Below, one piece after another: positions 43,903 to 56,000 of a stretch of DNA of 64,000 nt. Under the pieces are notes generated by a model. The model was not told the origin of the DNA and did no database searches. It saw only the letters and a program-made list of their open reading frames with translations. The translations under genes and the position numbers were made by a program. The DNA comes from Microbotryum violaceum (taxonomy: Eukaryota), in assembly GCA_001244265.2 (NCBI GenBank), contig LN717261.1, positions 2,929,591 through 2,993,590 on the forward strand. Direction: 5' to 3'. How positions within the stretch are numbered: position 1 is the stretch's first letter; the number at the start of each line of letters is the position of its first letter.

Positions 43903-45865
43903 TTTTTTTTTTGTTTTTGACTGGGGCTCATAAATTGCAATCCTTCGGGTTGGCTGGGACCGCTACGAAAAGAGCTAAAGGAGGTTATAAAGCAACGACG
44001 GCAAGCAGTTGGGTGAAAGTCAAACCCCTGCGCGCAAAGAGCGCTGCGCAGATCAAAACCCGCCGAGCACCTAACGCGGACTCCAACGGGCGGTGAGTAC
44101 TGCTGCCGCTTCACGTCCCAAGAGCGGGAGCAAAGATACTCGAAAACCAGGCAAGAGAGCCTAGAGAAAGAAGAGGGAGAGTATACAGAAAGTCACGACT
44201 GGGGATACGGAGAACCAGGAATACTAAGACAGAGAGGAGGGGAACTCACCCGAGGGGCCAAGGGAGGGGTCGAAGCCGGAGGTAGAGGTCCCCAGGGACT
44301 AACAGGCCGCAGCCAAGCCCCAGCTACTCGTCACCCCGACAGCGCCTGATGTCCTCCCTTGGCTGAATCTCGAGTGCTGGCCGTTAAGCCGTCGGGGCCG
44401 AGCGAAAAGCGATCCAATACAACAAAACGAGCCTCGCCTTGACGCGAGGATATTGACCAAAAGACGAGCGACCTTTCTTCCCGAGCCATGCCGTAGATCT
44501 TGACCAACGCGAACGAACGAACCATTCGACGGAATCCAACACACGGCTTAGGAGTAAAAGGAGAAGTGGCTGAAGCGTAGTCAACAACCGAGCAACAGGA
44601 ACGAGAAGAGGAAGGGAAGGGAAAAAGGGGGGAAAGGAGAGGGGAAAACTTCACAAAGCCTCCAATGCAAAGACGATCATACTGGCTTGCCGATCCATCC
44701 AAGAACGAAAACCGCTACTGCGCAAAGTAGGGAGAGAGAGAGAGAGAGGTGCGCAGCCTTCCACTGCGCAACAAGTTTCGAGACAGTCAGCTTCTGAAAG
44801 AGAAGTCGACCTCCGAAAAAGAAGGGAGGAAAGGAGGGGAGGAAAATGGGAAGGAAGGACTTAACTCGGTCATCACACATCCAAATCTCGAGCCCCAGGC
44901 ACAAAGCCCGCTCGAGAGAGAAAATCTCGCTCGAACGCTCTGAGTGCACTGGGGAGCGAGGGAGGGGCCACGCCCTTGCCCAGCTCGAACCCCTGATGAA
45001 CGCGCCAGCGGAGCAGGTGCAGCCGCTGGAAGCCGATCGCGCAAGCCAGCCGAACCCACATCCATTTCGAGGTCGTTCTCCCACGACCCCGCAAAAGGGG
45101 GAGCCCCATAGTCAGCTGCTCCGGAGTGAACGTCGACAGATCGACGTCGGTATCCTCGATGCCTAGCTTGTCGAACAGAATGCGAAGCGCCCCACTCCAG
45201 AAGCTGGTCGAGTACGCGCACTCGAAGAAGTAGTGCGACACCGTCTCGATGACCGCTGCATCGTTGCCGCAGAACAGACACGTCGGCGAAGAGGCATGAC
45301 CCTGAGTATGCTGCCTCTTGCGCGTCGGCGTCACGTCGTACATGAGCCGCCAGTGGGTGTCCTGCTCCACAGCAGACGCGAACCGGTCATGAAGCCATCT
45401 CCAGAAGCGCTTCCTATCGCTCTGAGGAGTCCCATCACGGAAACGCTTGACACGATCCTCCCTTCCTGGGAACCGAACCACGTTCACAAGCCGACGAAGC
45501 TTGCGAACAATAAACGGTCGGGTGAGCCCAAAGAAGTTGAAGCACCGAGGACGGGGAGCCTCCTTGAGAGGTATCCGAGCAGGTCGCAACGCGGTCTTGG
45601 GCAGCAAGGCTTTCGCCTTGAGCAACTGACCCACGCGCGACCACACGTGCTCGTGCTGTAGGGCGGGTTCCTTAGAGTGCTGCCAGAACCCGCGTCGATG
45701 ACCAACCAGAGCCCAGCCCTTCCCTTCGTCCCTCCAGTACAGGTCCGCGATCTGCGCAAACTTCGCCACTGCGTCCGCATCGTCATATGCGTGCTTGGCA
45801 CCTTCAGCATAGAGTGAAGGGAGGCAAGGCGGAAGCGAGAGCAATTCGGGGAGCGTAAGGAGTGC
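43903..45865 (-). mobile_element. LINE family X, 3' portion (ORF2 C-terminus, ~950-bp 3' UTR, A-rich tail)
   Basis: zf-RVT motif CLFCGNDAAVIETVSHYFFEC; T-tract at 43903-43918. 43903-45562 is the inverted copy of 57166-58829. Confidence 0.92.
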
Positions 45866-46523
45866 TTTTTTTTTTTTTTTTTGTAGAAAACGTTCATCAT
45901 ATTGCCCCCAGTTCCTGTTCCCCCTGTTTTGGCCTACGGAAAAACTAGATGGAAGACTACGATGATAACACAAACCGCCCGCAAAAGTGCGAGAAACGAG
46001 CCAAGTCCACCAATCCGAGATTCGGATTCAAATGCCCTAGCCAAGCGGTTGCTCCCCCCAGGAGACTAATGAGAGAGAGAAAGAGAGATGAAGAGAAAAA
46101 AAGAAAGAAAAGAAATGTACTAACGACAGAAGGCCCACCCCACAGCCACTTCCCACTCGGTCGAGACGAAGACAAGAGCACGACTGCGCAACCACCACGA
46201 CCCTCGACGCTCCAAGTCTCTGCTCAGTCACAACAAGACGCGGTGAAGGTCCCTCAAAACCTCCCCATCGGCAGTCCCTGGCCCCTCAAAGCCAACTTTC
46301 TGCCTGTGTCCGCTGATCCCTCCCTTGACTCAGAACCCCGAAGCCGAAGAGCGCGAGCCACACCGAGTCGACGCCAAATCGCGAGATGGTCCATGATCCG
46401 CAACGGTGAACCTGTAACAAATGAAAGATGAAAGCGATCTATTTAGTGTACAGTAGGAGAAAATGATGTCACGAGAATTTGTGTGTGTGTGTGGTGGTGG
46501 TGGGGGAAAGTCGAACCCAGCCT

Positions 46524-49500
46524 CTACTGCCCTCTCCTCCCCCAAGCTCCTCCCGCCCTCAGCTTCAACCTCTCCTCCAAGATGATCCTCCTCCTCACAA
46601 CACCCTCCATCTTCGTCCCCCACTTCTGCATCCCCCACCTCCCGCTGCTGATCATCTCCAAGACCAGCCCGGTGAATATTTCGATCGTCCTCCCCGCTCC
46701 TTCTTGATCGCGTAGACTGGCCTTGAGCTTCGGAAGTCCGAACATGCGTTGAACAGCCGTGTAATGCGTGTTGTCGATCGTGTCGAGCCCCAGTGCGTCG
46801 CAGAGCACGCTCCTTGCCGCGATCCAAACGTTCCCAGAGTCAACGCAGTCGAAAAAGTAGTGGTCGGTGTCGTCCACCGGCGCCTCGCAGACAAGGCACG
46901 CGGGAGAAGTGTCGTGATTCTGTTGGTGTTGCAGCTTGCGCGTCGGGGTGAAGCGGAGAATCAGCTTGAACCAAACTTCCCTCTCCCTCGCCGTCAGTGC
47001 CTTCGAGTTGACCGCCTTCCAAAAGCTCCTGAGGTCGTCCGGCTGCGGTGGTCCCTTGAGCCCGAGCGTGTTGGTAAAGGCCTTCGCGTTCAGGACCCGG
47101 CGGATGCGACGGATGGTGTACGGTCGAGCCATGTTCAGCAGCTTGTACTGGCTCGCCTGCTGTGGAAGCACCGGGTCCGGAAGGCGCTGCTCCATTGCGA
47201 AGCGGGCCACGGGCTTGGGGAGAATCGCCTCGAGCGGTGCGCTGGTGCCGATCCGGGGAGGCACGTTGAGCCGTCCTGCCGCCACCGCCACCGCCAAGGG
47301 CGTGTTCTTGTGTCGATCGACAGTAAACCGGTACCAGGCCGCGATTGCCAGTCGCTGCGGGAGCCCGCGTCGATCGTACTCGCTGTTGTCGCCGAGCACA
47401 TCCGCCGGCGGCGTCCAAAGGTGAAACCCCCACCCGCATACAACTCGCGCCGGTAGAGATCCGCCACCTTCGGGTAGCCCTGGAGACGAAGGTAGTCAGG
47501 TATATGAACCGCGTCGATGGTCTGTCTCCCTCTGATGGGGTGTGGAGGCTGCCGAGCAAGGTGAGAAGCGCGAGCAGGTTCGCGTGGTCAAGGTCCTCGG
47601 GTTGACCTGCGCGTCTTGCTGTTTCGGAACCCCAATGCTGCTCGCCATCGGGGATGGAGGTCGCTGGGGATGGGAGTGGATGGATGTGGCCAGAGATCGG
47701 TGGCCAGGTCGAGGTCGGACTGAGCTCGCTGGAGTGCCACGCGCGCAAGTCCTTGCCAGATCGCGCCCGAACCGCCGAGAAGAACGTCCCAGATCCGTGC
47801 CGCAACCGCGTCCACGACGTCCTGCATCCTGATCACCCGAGTCCCCCTTGAGCTTGGCTGTGAACACGATATCTCTGCCGTAGCTGGTCCTGCCCTTGCC
47901 CCCACGGACGAAATCGACGAGCATGTCATCGAGCTTCTTGACGACTTCGGGCGGCGGGATGTCGGCTGCAAGGAAGTGCAGGATCTTGGGGATGGCGTAC
48001 CGATTGACGTAAAAGGCACGGGTGTGGTGTGTGAGCCAGCGATGCTGAACCCCTTCCAGCGTCGCCTCGAGGCGTTCGATGAGATTCGCGTAGGCGAGTT
48101 CGGTGTCGCCGCTCGGGTCGAAGGGGAGGCCGATCCACTCGAGCGACTCGCCTGCGGCCTTGACGACGAGCGGGCGTTGCCCCGGGTCCCAGCGGCGTCC
48201 GATCGGTAGGACGACCGTCTTGTCCGTGTTGAGCCGGCCATTCGTTGCATGCCTCCAGTCGAGCGCCAGGTCATCGAGCAAGTTGAGTGACCCCAAGCCC
48301 GCGACGGCGACGACAACGTCATCGGCAAAAGCAAGCGATGTAATGGCGCGGCTCTGTGGGTACGGATGAAGTGCAGGTATGGAGAGATTCAGCGCGATGT
48401 TTCGACGGTGTAGAGCATCCAGAAACGGCTGAAACACGATGTCCCAGACCGACGACGACGCCGGGTCCCCTTGGCCGAGCCCACACGTCAGTCGTACCGG
48501 CGCCGTCAAGAACCCATTGATGATGTAGCGGGCCGAGGTCGAGTCACCCGAGTAGAGCATCCTCAGCACGCGAAGAAAGGTGGCAGGAGCGCCCAGAGCG
48601 TCAAAGATGGCAAAGATCCAGTCATGCTCGACGAGGTCGTAGGCGGACGATTGGTCAAGAGATAAGAGTGCGGCCGCGGGGAACTCGGTCCTGCGCGCGC
48701 CAACTTCCTCGATCAGGAGGCGAAGGTGTAGTGCAGCGTCAGCCGATCGGCGGTCCTTGACGAATCCGTGCTGCTGCGGCGGGAGGAGATCCGGTAGAAT
48801 TTGGTTCAAACGGGCGACATAGACCTTGGTAAAGATCTTGTAATCGCACTCGCGCAGGGTGATCGGCCGGTACGCCGAAAGTTCGGCGCGATCAGCATTC
48901 TTCTTGTGTCGCTTGAAGATGAGGCGCACGAGTCCTTGGCCCTGCTTGGGAGAGAGTGAGCCTCGCTCTATCATCACGTTGTAGGCCTTGGTCAGCACCT
49001 TGGCCCACGCCTTGGGTGCGGTCTGGTAGAGTTCGTAGGGCACGCCCGACGGTCCCGGCGATCGCCCCGGGTGCGTCGTCCCGATCGCGGCCACGACCTC
49101 GTCCTCGGTGATTGGTCGCTGGAGTAAGTCGATCTGCGATTCCGAGAGTCGGCGCAGAAAGAGAGGATCCGAGCGCGGGTCGTCGCAAGTCCGCGCCGCC
49201 CTGATCGGCGCGAGGAATTCGTCCCGAAGTCGGTCGACGCGGTCCGGGTCACGAGGCTCGATGTGGTAGAGGCGCTGGAAATGCGCCTGCGTGTGGTCAA
49301 GAGCGACATCAATGTCATGCGTTAGCTCTCCGTTGCTCAAGCGCAGTGCTGTGATCTTGGAGTCCGAGTTCCGCGCCGCGAGCTTGGCGTGGACCGGCCG
49401 CGACAGTCGTTCCTCGGAGGCGATCTCGGGTACGTGGGCTCGGATCCGGAGTAGGCGCGCGCGCTCCTCGACCGCCCGCTTGAGTTCCTCGGACGTCCTT

Positions 49501-50536
49501 GTCCATTCTGCCGTTTCCGCCTCCCCCCATTCCGGTATCGCCTCCAGATCCTGCACCCTCCCCACCAAATACTCCATCCGTTCCGTCCGCTCCCGATGCA
49601 ACCTCCTCGCCATCTCCCCACCCCTATCCCTGCACGCCTTCAGAATGACCTCGAGCTCCCCCACCGGTTCCTCCCCGCTTGCCCCTTCCAACCATCCTTC
49701 CATCATCCGCTGGAATTCCACCGTCTTAAAGGTTGTGGTGTTGATTCGATGTAGTTGGTTTGATGTGGTAGGTAGGCTGAGCTGTGGGAGGGTCGCATCA
49801 GGATCGTCTGAGAGAGCCAGCACAATCAAGACCGGTCGGTGATCGGAAAGCTCCTTGGGATAGTCGTAGATCGTCGAGGCCTGATCGAGTCTTTTTTGGT
49901 GTGTCCGTTGCAGGAGAAAGTAGTCAAGCCGGGAGAAGGAGTTGGGTCGCTTGCGATTGGGATTAGGTCGAGTGAAGGATGGGGTGATGGGGTGTTTGTA
50001 GCGGATGCAGTCCGTGTAGGCCGAGTCAAGCTTGCCGATCAGGATTGGCCAGTGGTGGCCGCGCCGACTTTGGTTCCGCCGATCGACTTCTGGGCGCGGG
50101 CAGTCGTTGAGATCACCGCCAAGGAGTCGGAGGTGGGATTTCTGTGTTTTGTGAAATAAGAGTTTGTCAAAGAATTTCGCTCGTTGCTTTGGGTAAACGG
50201 GCGCGTAAACGTTGTTGATTTCTAGAATTTTGATGTCGCCCCGCAGACGAAAGGACGTGACGAGGAGCCGGCCGTCGAGTGCCGAGTGGGTGCGCAAGAG
50301 CTCGGCGTCGATCAGGGGGAGTCAGCCGGAATTAGAGTCAGACAATGTTGGTTGATGAAGAGCTTGCCCTCGTACTCGTCCTTGATGAGTTGCCAGAGGT
50401 GCGGTCTGATGAAGTGCTCTTGTATGAGAATGGCCGATGCTTTGAAAAGGGATAGGTAGTTGTAAATGTCACGTCGTTTCTCCGGGACCCCCATGCCCCT
50501 CCTCACGTTCCAGGTGATGATGGTGTGCTTAATCAT
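46524..50536 (-). pseudogene. LINE Y ORF2 (APE endonuclease - RT - zinc finger), frameshifted
   Basis: [30 protein letters not shown] and SDHRPV (EN); [28 protein letters not shown] and AFADD (RT); CLVCEAPVDDTDHYFFDC. Confidence 0.95.
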
Positions 50537-52815
50537 TAATGGGTAGTTGAGGTCGAAGCGCTCTTGGCGGTGGTGACGTCCTCAAAGAGGGGGAGGGCGG
50601 GCAGGACATCGTCCTCGGGCTCGTGGTCGGACCATCTTTTCTCCTCGGCTACCCCCTTTGCTTTCCCTCGGTCCACTTTCGTCACGCCAACCGGCATCGC
50701 CGCCGCCGCTGACATCGACCTCGTCACCCTCCGCCCCTCTGTTCCATCCTTGACAACGAAGCGGCTCTTCCCTTTGATGATCACTCGCTTGGCGTCGGTC
50801 GGTTCGTCACTCGGGTCACTGAGGTCCGCCGCAGTCTGCGACCTCTTCATTACCGGCTTTTTGAACTTCGAAGCGGTCCCCCTGATATTGATGGAACGTA
50901 TCTCACCGTCCTCATCCCACGTGGCAAAGTTGTGACGCACCAAAGGGGTTTCAGCGTCGAGCCTCCTCTCGATGCTTTGGTCCCGCTCGAGTCGTGCCTG
51001 CTCAACCCAGTTAGCTCTGATCCTGTCCCACTCCTCCCCCTCGCGAAGCGACTTGGCAAGAGTTTCGGGTGACAAAGGTGGGGTTGGTTCGTGGGGTGTC
51101 GATTCGCGGGAAGCGGTGGCGGCGGTTGCTGTTGCGTCGCTGTCGTCGTCATTGCCCAGCCTGTTCGTCTCCCCTAAGTCCGTCGCTTCCGCGTTCTCCG
51201 CTTTCGTCGCTCCCCCTGCCTCGTCCACATCGTCCACCTCCGTCGCCACCTCCTCTTCCTCCATCTCCGTCGCCACCTCCCTTTCCTCCATCTCCGTCGC
51301 CACCTTGCCTTCTGTTTCGCCCCTTCCATCCGCCATCACCTCATCCTCATCAATCACCTCTCCATCGGATCCTCCGCAGTCCTCTAAAACCGACTCGTCC
51401 TCGCTCTTAAGTATGATGGCCTCCGTTTTCACGGTCGCCTCTGATTCCATCTCCGAGTCCTCCGAGTCCTCGTCATCCGCCTTATCACCAGCGTCCTCCT
51501 CCCCCGATTCCTCTGGCCCCTGTCCGCTCTGGCCAGTTACCGCTTCCTCCTGTCCCTCCTCAACCTCGAGCCCGGCGAAGCGATTCTGTGATGCGATCCT
51601 GTTAACAACCGGCACAGGAATGGGGGCCTCGGCCTCCGCAATGTTGGTGTCGTTGGTGATGGTGTTCTTGTTGGCGTTGGTGTTGCCGTTGCCGTTGCCG
51701 TTGTGAGCCTCCTTTCGCTTGCTCTCCTGATCCAGTCCGCAGGTTCCCACGTGACCAACGAAGTGGCACCTACCGCAAGCCGCCTCCTTCTCATAGTCAT
51801 GGCGAAGGGCGGTGACCGGGATGCCTCGAGTGGGAAGGCCGATTCTCGAAGGTAGGATCTCTTTCAAGGTCGTGTTAGGGCGTTTGAACAGGGAGTCGTC
51901 ATCGAAGTGTAGGAAAGCTGAGTAGTCTCCGGCAACGTGGGCAAAGGCCGAGGCGTTGTCCACGCTGATAATGCGCAGAACCTGCACAAGTTGGCACGAA
52001 TGTCCCTTGCCTGACAAGTCCTGCACTAGTAATTGGAACGATTTGATGATGGCATCCATGGAAGGCACTCCTTGAACACCGACGTTGATTCGAAGCTCGA
52101 CCATGTTATGGTGGAACCTGTGAGATTTCGCGAAGCGGGCCTTCGCCGATCGCCAAGTGAGAGCAGGGGGCGTCGTAAGCGCAGCGTCACGTGCCTCGCC
52201 GGTGACAAACCCAACCGTAACGCGATGGTGAGCCGCCCCATTACGCAGGATTGATGAATGTTGTACGCCTAGGATCTGTGGTCGATAGGCTGCAAGGTGG
52301 TCCGGCAGAGGAACTCCAGGCTCAAAGCAGATAGGAGAGATCGGCGATAACAGCCTCGTGACGCAGGCCACGAGATCGGTCTTGTCGGCATGAGACGCTC
52401 GCGAGGCGCTCTGGTGAGACAGAGTCACTTCAAGGGCGTAATCAAAGATGTTCTCGACAGACCGGTTCGCGTTCAAGGCCGAGAATTTCAGCGATGTGGC
52501 GGTGGCGACGGGGTAGAGTTCGGTGAAGTAGATGGCCTGGACCCAACGATCCATGCGGTTTCCGGGTACAGCACCCATGGCTTGTAGGAGGCTGCCCAAA
52601 GCCTTGGCACGCTGTTGTTATTGTTGTTGCTGTTGTTCAGGTGACTGAGTCGCCTGACTCGCAGCGGCGGCATAGTTGGGTGCGGCGGTGGCGGGGCCCG
52701 TGGCTTGCGTCTTCTTCGAGCTTATCGGGATCTGGTCGCGGGGTGGCTGGACGCTGGTGGCGGACACCGGTGGTGGCGGTGCCGGCGGTGGGGACCCAGG
52801 GTCTCCTGTAGACAT
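50536..52815 (-). pseudogene. LINE Y ORF1 (gag-like, Zn knuckle), single premature stop
   Basis: 52618-52815 and 50536-52599 are in frame, separated by a TAA within a Gln run. Contains CGRCHFVGHVGTC and an acidic low-complexity C-terminal half. Confidence 0.85.
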
Positions 52816-52973
52816 CTTGTCGGTGTATCACTTGTTAACTTAACTCGAGTATCGAAGACTGCGGTAGGGCGATTTCGAAGTGAAGTGAAGTGAAGTGAAG
52901 TATCCTGGTCAATGTGTGGTAGAACCACCGCCCGTGTAACTCGGGTGCGCCGTCATATTCATCTATTCCCACT

Positions 52974-53045
52974 GGTTGAGTAGCTCAGCGGTCAGAGCAA
53001 CTCTGATTAATAGAGTGGACCTGAGTTCAATTCTCAGTTCAGCCA
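52974..53045 (+). tRNA. tRNA-like gene or pseudo-tRNA with non-canonical anticodon loop GATTAAT (nominal anticodon TTA)
   Basis: 72-nt cloverleaf: acceptor GGTTGAG/TTCAGCC, D stem GCTC/GAGC, anticodon stem ACTCT/AGAGT, T stem CTGAG/CTCAG with loop TTCAATT, discriminator A. A box TAGCTCAGCGG; downstream T tracts. Confidence 0.8.
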
Positions 53046-53089
53046 AACTTTCTTTTGTTTTCCAATTCTTACCCTCATACCCGATGGCT

Positions 53090-56000
53090 CACCTTTGGCG
53101 GGCCATCTCCTTTCCTCTACCCCGGTCGTCTTTGCAGGAGCTCCCCGTTTCGACGGTCGGATTCTGCGCTCGGTGTTTCGTCTTGAGGAGCTCGATGTCG
53201 AGATCATCAACACGTACGCGCCGGTACAGGAGGACGATCGTCGCGACTTTTTCGGGCTCCTGCATTTCAACGCCCCGAGACCCAGGACTCTTCGGATCTT
53301 GGCCGGCGATCTCAATGATTGTCCGGATGTATCGGTCGACCGAGTGTCCATCACCGATCGCGCTTGGACTCCTGTATCGCACTGGCAGACCTTGCTGTCA
53401 AAGATCGCGTTCAAGGCACTCGACACGGTCCGACATGTCCATTCTTGCACCCCCGCATTCACTCGTCCTCACTACCGTGGTAGAGGGGAGGAGCGAAAGA
53501 TTTGCTCGTGGTCGCGGATCGACTATATTCTTGTCCAATGCAGTTGGGCAAACCGGTTGTTGAGCGCTTCTACGCTCTTCGACGCGCCCTGTTCGGACCA
53601 CAGACCTGTAGTTGCGACTTTCGCATTGCCTACATCAAACGCTGATGCCGAACCCCCCCTTTCTCTTCTCTCTACGAGCGATTTCATTTCGAGGCTCAAC
53701 CCAACGGTCTTTGACGATCAAGACTTTGTCGCATCGATTCCCGGGGTCGTCGACGAGGTCTATCGAAGGCTCGAGGGGACCGCTCCGCTCGGCGACGTCT
53801 ATGACGCTGCTCTGCGGGCGGTTGCAGTCGCTGGCCATGCACGATACCGCTCAACTCGTGCCGACATGCGCCGACTGCGGGCCGAGAGCCAATCCGTCAT
53901 GGAGGCTTTGGAGGCACGCGGTGAGCACATGAATGAGGCCGAGCGCGATGCGTATGCTTTTGCCACATCAGTAACTTTGCCACTTTGCTAAATGGCACTA
54001 AATAAATCTCGAGCCGCTAAACCGCTAAAGTGCGCAAAATGGCACAAAATGGCACTCAAATTGGCACTGTTTGATGAACTTAGCAAAGTTTGATGAAGTT
54101 GACACTTAAAATTTGGAGGAGTGTTGTGGTGAGGTGTAACAATGTCAAGACCTTGGTTGCTATTCTTCCTATTACCAACTCTAGGTATCAGTATACCAAG
54201 TACTCGACCTGCAATAGATACATAAAGACGTGATTTGCTCTCGACACATGTTTGCAGTATTGCAGAATATTATCCTACCAGAACTGAAGTTATACTGATG
54301 ATTCAATTGAGCACTCATGACAGGGGCTATTCTGACAGATCCATTTGCGCCGCCCTCCCTTTCCCCTTCCCGGGACTCTGAGGCGTTCTCGGATCACGTA
54401 GAATTTTGATGCTAAATACCCTCCCAAAGCGATCACAAGTTACAGTCAACTGGTTGTTCCAGATGTCCACAACATTCTGGATATTCCATGCTCATGTGAT
54501 CTCCATTTCTCAAAATAGCACCTGCCCAAGATCCGATCGTAAAACATCCTCAACCGAGTGTCGTAGATTGCAGTAGTCGCTGTGCGGCGACGTAAGAAGG
54601 AAATGCGCCTCTTGCGCCTACGGACAGAGTGGGACTTAGACAAATTTTGGGAGCAAGGCGCGAGTCGCCGCGCGCGGCGCGCCGACTCAACTGGCGCGCG
54701 AATTGGGCCTTCGCCAGGACGTGGGCGCAAGCGCCGTCACGGCCAAGTGACTCGCATTAGGCCACGGCTGCGTGTTGTTTACCAAGTCCACGCGCCGTCG
54801 CGAGCCTCCTTTTCCTTCCTCCCACTCACTGCCACCGCTCTCGATCCCCATCCCTTGTTCCCTCTTGCCTCCACCATTACCTTTCATTCTGCCCCTGGCT
54901 ATTTCCGAGTGAGTTGACCGTATTGCACAGTCATTGAAAGGTATGGCTGAAGCGTTACAAGCCGCCGGCAAAGACACCGCCAGCGACCGGCGGGACCAAT
55001 GCGCGGTCAACCGAACACGAAGCAGACTGAGGCGCACGTCACATCTTGGCAACGCTGACCATCTTCGGAGGGGTTCTTGGAACTTCGCTGTGGCCACACT
55101 TTTAGGGTGATCTTGAAGAGGTTATACTGTGTCCAGAGCAGGAAATGGCTAGTAAGTATTTGCATTACTGCAGAGAGATTTCCAGTTCGGCCGGAAGTCA
55201 GGCGACCTGTCAAACTCACTGTTGAACGATCTCGTCGCCGTGTTCGCAGCTTGCGCCGAGAGCCAAAAGGTGGCCTCTCAATGCGGCGCAGCCGGACAAC
55301 CAACCACTGGCTTTTGGTCTTGTATCTTACGCTTAAGGTGCGGTGAGTCGAGAGATTTTCCGCGGATATCGTTTTCATCCCTGTAACATTCGACCTAACG
55401 TTAGTCTACTGGTCCCATCAATAGGCGCGTGTGTCTCTTGAAAAGGTGATGCCCCAATTGCGGAGTTCTCAGGTGAGTCTCAATCACCAGTTGTTGCGAC
55501 ATACACGAGTTGTTTCCCCCGGGGGGGGGGGGGGGGGGGGGGGGGGGCTGGTTATGCTTCCGTTTTCAGGTGGCGAAGCAGTGGCCAAAGACTCGCTCGA
55601 GGCAGGCCTGGCACGTAGGCACAGGGCACAGTTGGTGCCGAATGATACGTAAGAAGAGGACTCAAAATAGATTGTTTGGCTGGCAGTAGCCTAGTACTTA
55701 GCACTGTGATTATGAGTGGAATGCAAGCATGTACCAGTACTACCAGGCATCGATCGCTCAAGCGCGCTTATAGACATAATAGCACTGAAATCAGGTTGAT
55801 GTTGCAAAAGCACTAAATGGCACGGAAGCCACTAAATGGTACAAAGTGCACTAAATGGCACTTAACTCAAGTGCCTTTTAAGTGTCATTTAGTGACCCAC
55901 CGGAGATTATAGAAAGTGCACTAAATTTCACTAAAAGTGCGCTAAATTTCACTAAATTTCACTAAAGCGCGAGTGGCAAAGTTGCTGATGCAAGTCGCAG

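Larger units (their letters stand above)
45866..52920 (-). mobile_element. Full-length L1/Tx1-like LINE family Y
   Basis: A17 tail at 45866-45882, 3' UTR, ORF2, ORF1, and a 5' UTR with (CTTCA)5 at 52877-52901. Exact 5' end and TSD were not found. Confidence 0.93.

Noticed and set aside
44873-45973. 366-aa ORF as a real fusion protein
   Set aside because: The N-terminus is LINE Y 3' UTR and poly(A) (poly-Lys) fortuitously in frame with LINE X ORF2.
50564-51706. Long Ser-rich plus-strand ORFs
   Set aside because: Antisense shadows of acidic LINE ORF1. The same applies to most short ORFs in the track.
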